From NCBI GenBank assembly GCA_031835245.2, contig JAVKOQ020000020.1:186001-250000 (forward strand): a stretch of DNA of 64,000 nucleotides. The letters run 5' to 3'. The notes beneath the pieces are model-generated. The model was not told where the DNA came from and made no database searches. It saw only the letters and a list, made by a program, of their open reading frames with translations. The DNA comes from Balamuthia mandrillaris. Taxonomy: Eukaryota. A program made the translations under genes and the position numbers. The number at the start of each line of letters is the position of its first letter. Position 1 is the first letter of the stretch. Shown here in pieces: positions 28,270 through 38,198 of the stretch.

Positions 28270-28640
28270 CTGCCCACAGGAAGGCCTCTTCCCTCTTGTA
28301 CTGCAGCTTTCATCAGAGGCTGACGTTGTTGCTACAGTTGATGAGGCTGTGTGGCTTTCGTTCAGTGTCTTATAAGAGAGAAGACCTCTTTCAAATTGCA
28401 CATCAGCATCGATGCAACCAAAGAGGCGTGAACGTAGGAGAAGAAGAGGAGGATGAGGGTGACATTGCGGATTGTGTGTTGCGATGGAGGAAAGAGTTTT
28501 GGTTGTGTAGGAAGTTGCTGTTGGTGTATCCTGAACACGAAGCGTTGTGGCAGCACCGACGCTTTTTGTTTTGGTATTGGCATTGCGAGCTCAACCACAA
28601 GTTCCCCCTCACCATCTATGTTCTTCTTCAGGCATGACCA
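28270..28640 (+). pseudogene. Fragment resembling protein prenyltransferase alpha-subunit repeats (PTAR1-like)
   Basis: EFWLCRKLLLVYPEHEALWQHRRFLF resembles a PPTA repeat. No complete gene model could be built. Confidence 0.35.
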
Positions 28641-28912
28641 ATCACGCAAAAACAGAAGAGGAAGAAGCCAAGAAGGAAAGTAAAGAGAAGTTAGGGTTGG
28701 AGGATCCAAAGACGGAAGCCGCAAGAGAAGACGAGCTAGGAGCACCACCACGAACAGGAGCACCACCACGAGGAGGAGCACCACCGCGAAGAAGAGCCCT
28801 ACTGCAAGGTGCAAAGATACCACCATCCACCTAAAAAAGAAGCTTGGCCCCAGGATTACTCGTAGTACTAGAAGAAAAAGCAAAAAGAAAAACAAAAGGG
28901 AATGAATTGTTA

Positions 28913-29006
28913 TCAGCTAGTAGAAAAGGGGTTATCAAAGTCTGGTAAACAAGACCCTGGTTTTAGCAAGCAGGAGGAAAAAAAAATGGGGCTGATTAGC
29001 ACAAAC

Positions 29007-29047
<41 letters not shown>

Positions 29048-29913
29048 AAACCGGCAAGAAAAAGGCTAAAGTTACGACCAGCTGAGATGTCCACTATTTT
29101 GTGATTCTCCAGGTACGGTATCACCTGTGGACGAAGCACAGGCAGGTTGGCCTGGCCCAGCCGCCCCACTTGCTTCTCTGCTTCTTCGTTGCCGCAAGAA
29201 TAAACTTTTCCACCTCCTTGGATGATGTTCGTTAACGTTAATGCTCAAAAAAAACAAACAAACAAACAAACAAACAAACAAACAAAAGAAACAGAAAGAA
29301 CGTAATGACAAGAAAGAAAGAACGAAACGCCAAGGCAACAAGCTAAGAAAAAAAAGAAGCCTTACTTGTTAGAAATAAAGTATGATATTCTGCGGATGTT
29401 ACTTTCACGACAAATTCGTGATAGAGAGCGGTGACAGGGCAGGGCAAATATCTGCTCGCCGAATCACCCAATCCCAAACGCGCCTCCACTCCACACCCAA
29501 ATGCCAGTGCATGACCCGCCTCTGAAAGTGTAAACGAAAGAATGAGGGAAGCACGCAGAACGAGAGAACGAGAAAGTGCAGAATCAAAGAATCAGAGAAG
29601 AAAAAAGAGAGCAGAAGCAGGGTGAGAGAAAAGATAGAGACAAAAAAACAAACCATTAATAACAAAAGTTTGGTGTCTGCCTGTAAATATTCTGTACACT
29701 TTTTCATCAGCCAAAGCCTCCACCTTCATAGGCGAATTTTGTTGCGTGGAATCGCCGTGGCCCAAAGCCCCATGATGACCCCTAACACAATAAGAGAAGG
29801 AAAAAAGTGAGCATTGTTATGGCAACAAATGCCATAAAATAAGCACGCACCATCCCCACGTCCAAACTTCTCCATTGTCTGTTTTGTGATATAAAACGTG
29901 AGCTCAAAGAAAG

Positions 29914-29950
<37 letters not shown>

Positions 29951-31145
29951 AGCGTACCTGTTAGAACCACGTTGTGGAATCCTCCACAAGCAATTCGAAC
30001 CACCTTGATATCCTTTAACGCAAACACAATTTGGGGAAGAGTGACATAGTTGGTATGCCCATGGCCAGGACATCCCTGCTCTCCTCTTCCAAATCCGTAT
30101 ACTTGTCCTGTATCTATTGGTTGTTGAACGTAAGTGCACCGAGTAAAACTGAGAAGATAGAGAGAACCAGAGGATAAACGGAGAGAGAGAGAGAGAGAGA
30201 ACGAATGAACTAAAGAAAAAGAAGAATCGGCAGAGATCAAAGAACCAAGCAGAAAGAAAAGATAAAGACAAACATGAAAAGAAAAAAAAGAACGAGAACG
30301 ATCCGGATAGTACCACTTAGTACGAGACTGTGCCGTACTCCAGCAGCGACCTGAACAGCCCTTACGCCAGCGAGAGCTTCTATACGAGTTGGTAACGTAT
30401 AGGCTTTTCTGTCAGAGTCTGGATGGCCCAAACCGTTCTTCATGTTGCCAAAAGAATACACCTCTCCATTCTCTGCTCAGCAATGGGAATCAAAGAGTGA
30501 GCATTATAGATTGAGAGAACAAAGCAAAAGGAGAACAAAGAGAGAAACGAGGGAAAGAAAACAAGGAACGAAAAGCCAGAACAAAAGAGTATATACCAGC
30601 CAAAGCTAACGTGTGGTATTGACCAGCAGCCACCTGCCGTATGCGAATGCCATCCAGCGACTTCACCAAGGCCGGTGCTCGCAGCGTCGTGCCAATGGAG
30701 TCCGCAAAGCCCATGCAGTATCTCACCTTGCCAAAGGTCCAGAGCCTGCCCTCCTGCGTGAGGATGAAGGAATGGAACCAGCCAGAGGCCACCTGGCGAA
30801 TGTAGGGGATGGAGTTGAAAGCGGCCACCCTTTGAGGCACCAACATGTCCTTCCCTTTGAAGCCCAATGCACTCTCTCCCAACGACAACACTTGCACTTT
30901 AGCTGCGTTATTATTTTTTAAATAAAAAAGGGCATTAGCACAACATCTTGTTAGTGATGAAATATTTAAAAAAAGTGTAACAAATCACATCAAATTACAA
31001 AAATAAAAGTTTACTCACTCAGTTCGAGAACGAGGTCGTTGAACAAGGTGCAGACGAGACGAACGTAGGCCAACAAGTGCGCTTTGGGAAGGTTCGATAG
31101 CACGATCTGCCAAACTTCTGGTGGAAGGATTGAGGTGCACTCCAT
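28913..31145 (-). CDS. F-box plus RCC1-repeat protein (multi-exon)
   Basis: First exon MECTSILPPEVWQIVLSNLPKAHLLAYVRLVCTLFNDLV is an F-box. RCC1 repeats QVASGWFHSFILT, QVAAGQYHTLAL, QVAAGVRHSLVL, IACGGFHNVVLT and GALGHGD. Confidence 0.85.
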
Positions 31146-31902
31146 TGTGTTTTTTGATTTTGCATCTACTACTTTTTTTTGTGTGTGTAATACACAACCA
31201 AAATCAAAAAAAAAAAACGTCCATGAGTAAAAAAAAAACCAAAAGAAAGGAAGAAAGGAAGAAAGAAGGAGAAGAAGCAGAGGAAGGGCGAGAATACCAA
31301 CAAGATGGACACCACCTCAAAGCCACAGCACACGCGCACACAAAGCCCTTCTTTATTTCTTTATTTCTTTTTTTTTTTTTTTTTTTTGCTTTTCGCCAAT
31401 TTATTTCTTTTTTGTTGAATTTCGAAGTCGGCCGAAAAAGAAAAAATCCTCGTAACATTAAAAACAAAAATAGTGCGAGTAGAGGTGGAGTCGAACCGGC
31501 GGCGTCCATCCCACCTGGCGGAGCAAAAGGGGGGCGCGTTACAGCTGGCCAGGAGTGGGGGTGCTCTCTGGTCGCCGGTGTGTGCGTGGGTGCGTGTGCA
31601 GAGAGTTCTCTTTTTAGTTTGGCTCTATGTTCTGCTCTGGTCTGGGTTCTAGAGGCACGAGATATGGATGGATGAAGGGGTGGCCACCGAAAGGGATCGA
31701 CTCACTATTTTTGCATTTTTTTTCCACCAACAATAAAACAGTCGTTCCTATTATTTTCTCGTAACCTCTTGCTTCGCCTTTTCACCAAAAAGAAAGGGTG
31801 CACGGGCGGTGGCCTCGGTGTGTTTGCTAGTCGCGTCCTTGGCCTCTTTCGTTGGCACTATGTTCTTGTAACGACCGCAAAATCAACACACACAAAAAAA
31901 GT

Positions 31903-33282
31903 ATGCAAGGCTTCGACTCCTCTTCCGACTTTCTGGTCCCTCCCGAATACTTTGACACGGAGGAACTGATCGCCTGCGGCGCTCTCCCTGCGGATGGCGT
32001 GGAGCTCAAGGCTCGCGTCTCCTCCTCCGCCGACCTGCAGCGCCTCCTCTTCAAGTCCGACGGGGCCACCCTCTTTCTGGAGGAGTTGGACATGGAGCAA
32101 CCCCCTGGCACCGCTCGCCTCTGCTCCCTCCACGACATGTTGGCTGAGGTGCAGCACAAGGTGGAGGGCTCGCTTCGGATGATGCAACGCTTTGAGGAGG
32201 CCAACAAGCTCTCGGAGCGCATTCAACGCATGCTGACGGGAGAGGAGAGCTTCACCCTCAAGATACGAGACCCCTTGGGCATCTCTTTCATCGGCACCCG
32301 GTCTGGAGAAGGGAAAGAAGAGGATGGGGAGTTTGCTCAGGTGCATCGGTTCGCTCGCTCTTGGGAGGAGGACGAAGAGCTGGGCGTGTTGCCTGAGCCA
32401 CCCGATGAGCAAGCCGACACCATAGACGCTCTCGTCTCTCTCATCGCTTCCTCCAAAAAGGTTGTTGGCTTCACCGGCGCTGGTATTAGCACTGAATCTG
32501 GCATTCCCGCCTTTCGCAACGTTCTTCCTGCTCCTTCTTCTTCCTCCTCCTCTTTCATCCAAACCGAACAACAAAAAGAACTCCAAGCGGAACAAGAAGC
32601 AGATAAAGCCGAACAAGAAGATGCTATGACCCCCATTTGGTCGCGTTTCGATCCAGATCTTTTTCAACTATCAAAGCTACTGCAATCGGAGGAAGCCCGC
32701 AAGGCTTACTGGCAGCTTCATCTCGATCTCAACGACCGGGTAGCCACTGCCAAGCCCAACCCTGCCCACCTCATCTTTGCTCGATTGGCAGAGCAGGGCA
32801 AGCTTCGGGCCGTCATCACTCAGAACATCGATGGCCTTCACAACCCTCCCGACCATCCTCTTCTTCCCTCCAAGGAGTTGTTGTTCGAGTTACATGGGAA
32901 TAACCAAACAGCAAAATGCCAAACCTGCAGAACTGTTTTGCCTTTGAAGGCTGTTGAGGACACGGTGAGAGCTGGCGAGGACGCTCATTGTGATGCCTGT
33001 GGGGGAGTAATTCTTCCTGGTGTGGTGGCCTTTGGAGCTAAGCTGGACGACGACGTGTTGCAAGGAGCCAGAGAGGCAGCGCAGGATGCTGACCTGGTTC
33101 TGGTGATGGGCACCGGCTTGCTGGTGGCTCCCGCCAACACCATTCCAACGGCAGCCATGAAGGCAGGGGCCAAGCTGGCCATAGTGAACGTGGGAGCGAC
33201 CAAGTTGGACCACTGGGCAGCCGTGAAAGTGGAGGACAGGTGCGGAGAGGTCATGCAAAAGGTCATTGAGCGTCTCTGCTGA
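31903..33282 (+). CDS. Fusion of a ZPR1 A/B-like domain (no zinc finger) and a Sir2/sirtuin domain (intronless)
   Basis: N-terminal DLQRLLFKSDGATLFLEELDMEQPPGT, FTLKIRDPLGISFI and RSWEEDEELG resemble ZPR1. C-terminal GAGISTESGIPAFR, TQNIDGLH, ELHG, CxxC...CxxC, GTGL and NVGAT are sirtuin motifs. Confidence 0.85.
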   Translation: MQGFDSSSDFLVPPEYFDTEELIACGALPADGVELKARVSSSADLQRLLFKSDGATLFLEELDMEQPPGTARLCSLHDMLAEVQHKVEGSLRMMQRFEEANKLSERIQRMLTGEESFTLKIRDPLGISFIGTRSGEGKEEDGEFAQVHRFARSWEEDEELGVLPEPPDEQADTIDALVSLIASSKKVVGFTGAGISTESGIPAFRNVLPAPSSSSSSFIQTEQQKELQAEQEADKAEQEDAMTPIWSRFDPDLFQLSKLLQSEEARKAYWQLHLDLNDRVATAKPNPAHLIFARLAEQGKLRAVITQNIDGLHNPPDHPLLPSKELLFELHGNNQTAKCQTCRTVLPLKAVEDTVRAGEDAHCDACGGVILPGVVAFGAKLDDDVLQGAREAAQDADLVLVMGTGLLVAPANTIPTAAMKAGAKLAIVNVGATKLDHWAAVKVEDRCGEVMQKVIERLC

Positions 33283-33671
33283 TGAGAGGATAGAACCAGT
33301 CAGTTTCAACCAAGAGAGATAAAGGTCCCATAAGTTGAAAAAATGTTTGTTCATTTAATTAACACATTCGGGGTCAATTATACACCATCGCTATAAACGC
33401 GCATTACCAACGGTGTTTTATCCTCCGCAAACAAGCAACAACAGTAACGGCAGAGAGAAAGACGAAAGAAGTGACAGCAACAACCAAAAACACAAAACCA
33501 CCCTCCCTCCCTCTCTCCTGCTTCTTCTTCTGTTGTTTAAATATCCGAGCAAGACTCATCCCTTCAACAACGGAAACTGCTGTTTAACTTTTAGAATCTG
33601 GTTATTTTTTTAAACAAAAAAACTAAACGAAAACGAATAGCTCACCGACAACAAAACGGCACACCACAAAG

Positions 33672-34232
33672 ATGGAGTTTCTTAGTCGCGAGTTTTCCTT
33701 TCGCCGACGGAAAGGCAGCGATGCTGTCGACCGTCGCAGAGGCAAAACTGTGACGGGTCAAGCCGAAGGAGATGCCACCCCTCCCTTTGGCACCTCCACC
33801 CTCCGTCTCTTCAACAAAATGAAGCAAGGCGCCGCTCAACTGGAAAGCTATGCTTTGATCGTTTCTCCTACCGAAGAAAACTCTTCTTCCTCTCCCTCTT
33901 CTTCTTCTCCGTCAAACAACAACAAAGAAAGCGGAGGAACAAATGAGATGGAAGAATGGGAAGCATGGCGAAAGGCGAGCGGGCTGAGCAAACAAAGAGC
34001 GGTGTTGAGGGCGAGAACGTGGGAGAAGCGGTGGTTGCAACGACAGGAAGCGTTGAGGGAGGCGGCCGAGCTGAAGAGGGAAGAGGAGGAAAGAGAGAGG
34101 AACCGACGGGAAAAGGAGAAACAGAGACGAGAAGCAGGAGGAGAGGAGGAAGAAAGCGAAAGCGCGGGAGGAAGCAGCAGTAGCGGCAGCAGTGTGAGTA
34201 GCTGTAGAAGTAAGGGAAGCAGTTCAAGTTGA
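33672..34232 (+). CDS. Hypothetical protein with a charged coiled coil
   Basis: 186 aa ATG-initiated ORF between AT-rich flanks; no family recognised. Confidence 0.5.
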   Translation: MEFLSREFSFRRRKGSDAVDRRRGKTVTGQAEGDATPPFGTSTLRLFNKMKQGAAQLESYALIVSPTEENSSSSPSSSSPSNNNKESGGTNEMEEWEAWRKASGLSKQRAVLRARTWEKRWLQRQEALREAAELKREEEERERNRREKEKQRREAGGEEEESESAGGSSSSGSSVSSCRSKGSSSS

Positions 34233-34306
34233 ATGTATTTGGTTGTTGTTTAATGTTATAAAACGTTGTTGATAGTTTTTTGAGAAGAGAAAGTTAAGAC
34301 ATACAC

Positions 34307-34352
<46 letters not shown>

Positions 34353-34683
34353 GGGAGAGAGAGGGGGAAAAAAAGAACCAAAGTAGGTTTTAAAAGATCT
34401 TATCTAATAATGCATATAAAAGTACGTTTGCGTTCCTTTTAGTTCGTTGTGTTCGCGAAGAAAGAAAACAAAAAACCAAAAAGAACATAAAGGCAGAAAA
34501 GAGAACAGAACAAAGAGAGAAGAATCGAAACAAAAAAAATAAACATGCAACAAATACCCATCATCCTCATTCCACTCGTTCGTAAGTTTTTTTTTTGTTG
34601 TTTGTTGCTGTTTGTTTTTTTCGGTTCGTCGTTCGTTTCGTGAAGATAGAAAGAAAAAGAAAAAGATAAAGATAAAGAAAAGA

Positions 34684-36177
34684 TTAGATCCACTTGGCCA
34701 ACTCATCGTTGAGACGGCTCTGACGGAAGGCAGAGTAGCTCGTATCATGCGCCGGCTTGTGATACGGCATGAACTTGGCCAAAAGGATGCCGGCAGCCGC
34801 CGTACAAATGCCCCAAGATACGCCCGCCATGGCGTCCAGCCCGTAGTGGAAGCCACACCAAACGGTGGCGGTCACCAGGCCGGGCACGAGGAAGGCCAAG
34901 ATCAGGGCCAAGCGCAGGTGGTAGGCCCAGGAGGCGATCCAGCAGACCACGCTGATGGCGCAGTGGCCGGAAGGCATGGCCGTGCCCTTGCTGCTGCCAA
35001 CCAGCACCCAGCGCACCACGTGCACAAAGAAGTAGGAGACCTCCTCGGGGTCTGGCCGGTCGAAGCGCCAGTAGGGTCCCTCCACGGGGTAGACCAGGTA
35101 AAAGGCGTAGCAGGTGAAGAAGCAGAGGGTCATGGCGGAGACGGTGCGGTCAAAGCTCTCGCGGGGGCAGAAGAAGTAGGGCACCGCCACGGAGGCGCCG
35201 ATGATGAAGTAGTAGGCAAAGTAGCAGAAGTGGAGGTACTCCCCGAGGGCGCGGCCGGGGATGAGCAGCCGCAGATCACGGGCGGGCTGCATGCCGGCAA
35301 AAATGTCCTTCTCCATGCGGATGACCTCGTTGTCGTAGCGAAGGCTGCCGTGGTTGTTCTGGATGAGGGAGGCGCACTCGGCGTAGAGGTAGATGAACAA
35401 GGCCGCCACGTAAAAGTCCAGAGCAAAGTAGAGGATCCGCACGTCAAAGACCAATCTCCGTCCACCGAGGATGCCGTTCTCCCGAATAAGTTCCTTCTCC
35501 CTGAAGCTGGTAGGTTGAGCAAAGTAGTAGCGCAAGAAGCAGACAGTGGGGATCAAAACAAGACGCAACAGGATTCCCGTCCACACCATCTCGGAAACAC
35601 TTTCCGCGATGAAGCAGAGAGGCAAAGTGGCGATGAGGTAGGCCAAGGCCCATCGGTCGGCGGGCTTCAGGCAGAGAACGATGCCCACCACCCAGTTGAA
35701 AAAGTCCGTGTGGCCGTCAAACGTTTTGGCAAAGGCCGCTGTGCAGTGCTGCTCATAGGGGAACTGGTCGATCTGCAGCAGGCGGTTGGCGGAGGGGCTG
35801 CTCATCAGCTTTTGGGCTTGTGTCACCGACATCTTTCTGGCTGCAGGGGAGGAAGAGGGGCTTGTGTTGAGGAGAGAAGAAGGGGCAAGGGCAGAGGCAG
35901 CGTTTTGTTGTTGTTTGTAGGCGAGTTCATCTTCGTAGAAAGCAGAGGAAGGGTGAGTGGGAGGAGGGGAGGAGAGCAGGAAGGACTTGGAGCGGCCTTT
36001 TGTGTGGGCGGCGGGGGTGCTCGGGTTCACAGCGGAGGAGAGCACCTTCTGGGCCAGGGGGGTCGTCAAGGCGGCGGTCTTTGCGGCGGAGGGGGCCACC
36101 GTCAGCACCAAGGGGGAGAAGTGGTCGGCCTTCCGCATGGTAAGGGCCGAGGGTACGCGCACCAATGTTTCAGTCAT
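34684..36177 (-). CDS. PAP2-superfamily multi-pass membrane protein, inositol-phosphorylceramide synthase (AUR1)-like
   Basis: YLVYPVEGPYW, AMPSGHCA and HYGLDAMAG catalytic-type motifs; many TM helices; GC3-rich codons. Confidence 0.82.
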   Translation of the reverse strand: MTETLVRVPSALTMRKADHFSPLVLTVAPSAAKTAALTTPLAQKVLSSAVNPSTPAAHTKGRSKSFLLSSPPPTHPSSAFYEDELAYKQQQNAASALAPSSLLNTSPSSSPAARKMSVTQAQKLMSSPSANRLLQIDQFPYEQHCTAAFAKTFDGHTDFFNWVVGIVLCLKPADRWALAYLIATLPLCFIAESVSEMVWTGILLRLVLIPTVCFLRYYFAQPTSFREKELIRENGILGGRRLVFDVRILYFALDFYVAALFIYLYAECASLIQNNHGSLRYDNEVIRMEKDIFAGMQPARDLRLLIPGRALGEYLHFCYFAYYFIIGASVAVPYFFCPRESFDRTVSAMTLCFFTCYAFYLVYPVEGPYWRFDRPDPEEVSYFFVHVVRWVLVGSSKGTAMPSGHCAISVVCWIASWAYHLRLALILAFLVPGLVTATVWCGFHYGLDAMAGVSWGICTAAAGILLAKFMPYHKPAHDTSYSAFRQSRLNDELAKWI

Positions 36178-37393
36178 TTGGTCTTACTTGTTAAAAAAAA
36201 TTACTGATTGACCGTTGGAAGGGGGAATAAAAATAAGAGTAGTTGTGAGGTCGTGGGAGATTTTTCGTTGGCCTTGCTTCGAAGTTGGAGTCAGTTATTG
36301 TGTGTTGAGGGAGGAAGAGAGAGAAAGGCCAGTAAAAAATGAACGAAAGAAAAAGAAAATACTGAGAAATAATAGCAATAATAAACCAAACAAATCGAAT
36401 CAAAGAAAGAAAGGGGGGATTCTCCGTTCTAACGTTGATGAGTAATCGTTGTGTTGGTGGTGTGAAGAGAGAACGGTCGGTCTCTTTTTTTTGTTTGTTT
36501 GTTTGTAAAGGTTGTTGAACGTTATTGAAAGAAAATATAATCGAAAGAAAAGTAAAGCAAATCTCTCTTAGTCGGTGCAAGACAGGAGAGAAATCTTTTT
36601 TTTTTAGACAAGCCTTTTTTTTTAAATGTGCTTCCTTCAAATCCTTCCCTTGAAAAATAAAAAGAGGGAAGTAGAAGCAAAAAAAAAAAAAAGGACTGGA
36701 GGAACGAAACTCCCCTCACAAAAAAAAAAATAAAGAAAAAGAAGAAAGGGAACAAGAGAGAAAATAAAAAAAAAAAGCCGCCGCGTGCTTTTTTTTTGAG
36801 AGAGAGTGACGAGGAACGATGATGCTGGGCGAAAAAAAAAAAAAGAGAAAGACAGAAGGAAAGAAAAAATTATAGGGCCAAAAAAAAAAAGCTTTTTGAC
36901 CCCAAACAATAATAATTATTTTGTTTTTGTGTTGTTCGCTATTTGGGTGACCTCGCTACGGCGCGTATGGGAAAGTCAAATAAAAAAAAAGAACGTTAAA
37001 TTGCATGTTGGACCGTTTTTGATGTGCGTGGCTGCCTTGGAGAGTACGCCATTGCAACGCTCGGACGTTTATGGAAAATAATCCAAATTCGGCGTGATCT
37101 GCAGCAGAGAGATTGGTTGAAAAACTCCTATGTTCTTTGAATTTGGGAAACAGACGAGCAAAATGGAGAAAGCCATAGATTGCATTCTTTACATAACATA
37201 ACGTTCGGACTTTTTTTTTGGGGTTTTTCCAAGCAGAACAATATTCCGTAGGAAAGTTCCATCGGGCGGGCGAGAGAGGAGGGGAACGAAAAAAATAAGT
37301 TTCGTGTGTGCGTAGACGGAACGTACGCAGAGAACCATTGGTTTGTAGGTGACAACGTTCCGTGCTTTTGGTGGTTTTTTTTTGTGGTCTTTC

Positions 37394-37810
37394 TCACTCC
37401 CCGAATTGGTCCGTGTCATCCTCGTCATCTCCCAGCATGTACCATGCCTGGAGGTCCGTGGGGTCCTTGTTTTTCTCCATTTTGTCAAAGCCAAGGGCCA
37501 CCGCCTCCAGCACCCTGTTCAACGTAGCCCAGCTCAAACGTCTTATTCTTTCTCCAGCGGCAACAGCTGTTGTGGTAGTCTCTGTTGTTGGTGTGGTAGT
37601 TTCTGTGTTGTTGCTCTTGGAGCACGAAGAAGTGGTGTTAGAGAAGGAGAGTTGTGGCTGTGGTCCAGCTGTGGTAATGGCGGTGGCGAACAGTTCCACA
37701 GGAGGAGAGGTGCTGATGAATTGGGCAGAGTCACGCTTCTTGTAGCCACGCTTCTCCACGTAGTCGTACCCCACAAAGAGCACCGGCATAGGGCGTACAG
37801 TAGAGGCCAT
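37394..37810 (-). CDS. Small hypothetical protein
   Basis: MASTVRPMPVLFVGYDY...DLQAWYMLGDDEDDTDQFGE; coding-like composition. Confidence 0.5.
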   Translation of the reverse strand: MASTVRPMPVLFVGYDYVEKRGYKKRDSAQFISTSPPVELFATAITTAGPQPQLSFSNTTSSCSKSNNTETTTPTTETTTTAVAAGERIRRLSWATLNRVLEAVALGFDKMEKNKDPTDLQAWYMLGDDEDDTDQFGE

Positions 37811-38198
37811 TTGCTTTGTTGGGTTTTGTATGGTTTGTGTGTGGTAGTTTTGCTGTCTTGCTTGCTTCCAAAAGAAATAACAATAGAACGAGAGCCAGCA
37901 AAAACCAACCCAATAAAAAGCACAACCACGAAGCGTGTAGCACTGGTGCGTGTCTGTGCGGCCGGCCGCACAGGTCAAAACCTCTCCAAAAAGACAGGGG
38001 ATGGAGTGTTTCTTCGCGGCATCATTTCCTTTTCGGAGCTATTTTCACTGGATTTTCCATTGAGAAATTTTATGATTGGTTGAAAAAATGGAGATCCTTT
38101 CCTTAAAAAAGATAAAGTGACTTTAGATGATTTTACAGAATTTAGGTGGTGTGGTGCTTCTTTTCCTTCTTCTTCCCCCTCCCCCCAATGGGTTCTTT

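Noticed and set aside
34612..36207. 531-aa plus-strand ORF, and similar antisense ORFs at 18494-19414 and 31858-32667
   Set aside because: They are shadows of GC3-rich genes on the opposite strand and carry no motifs.
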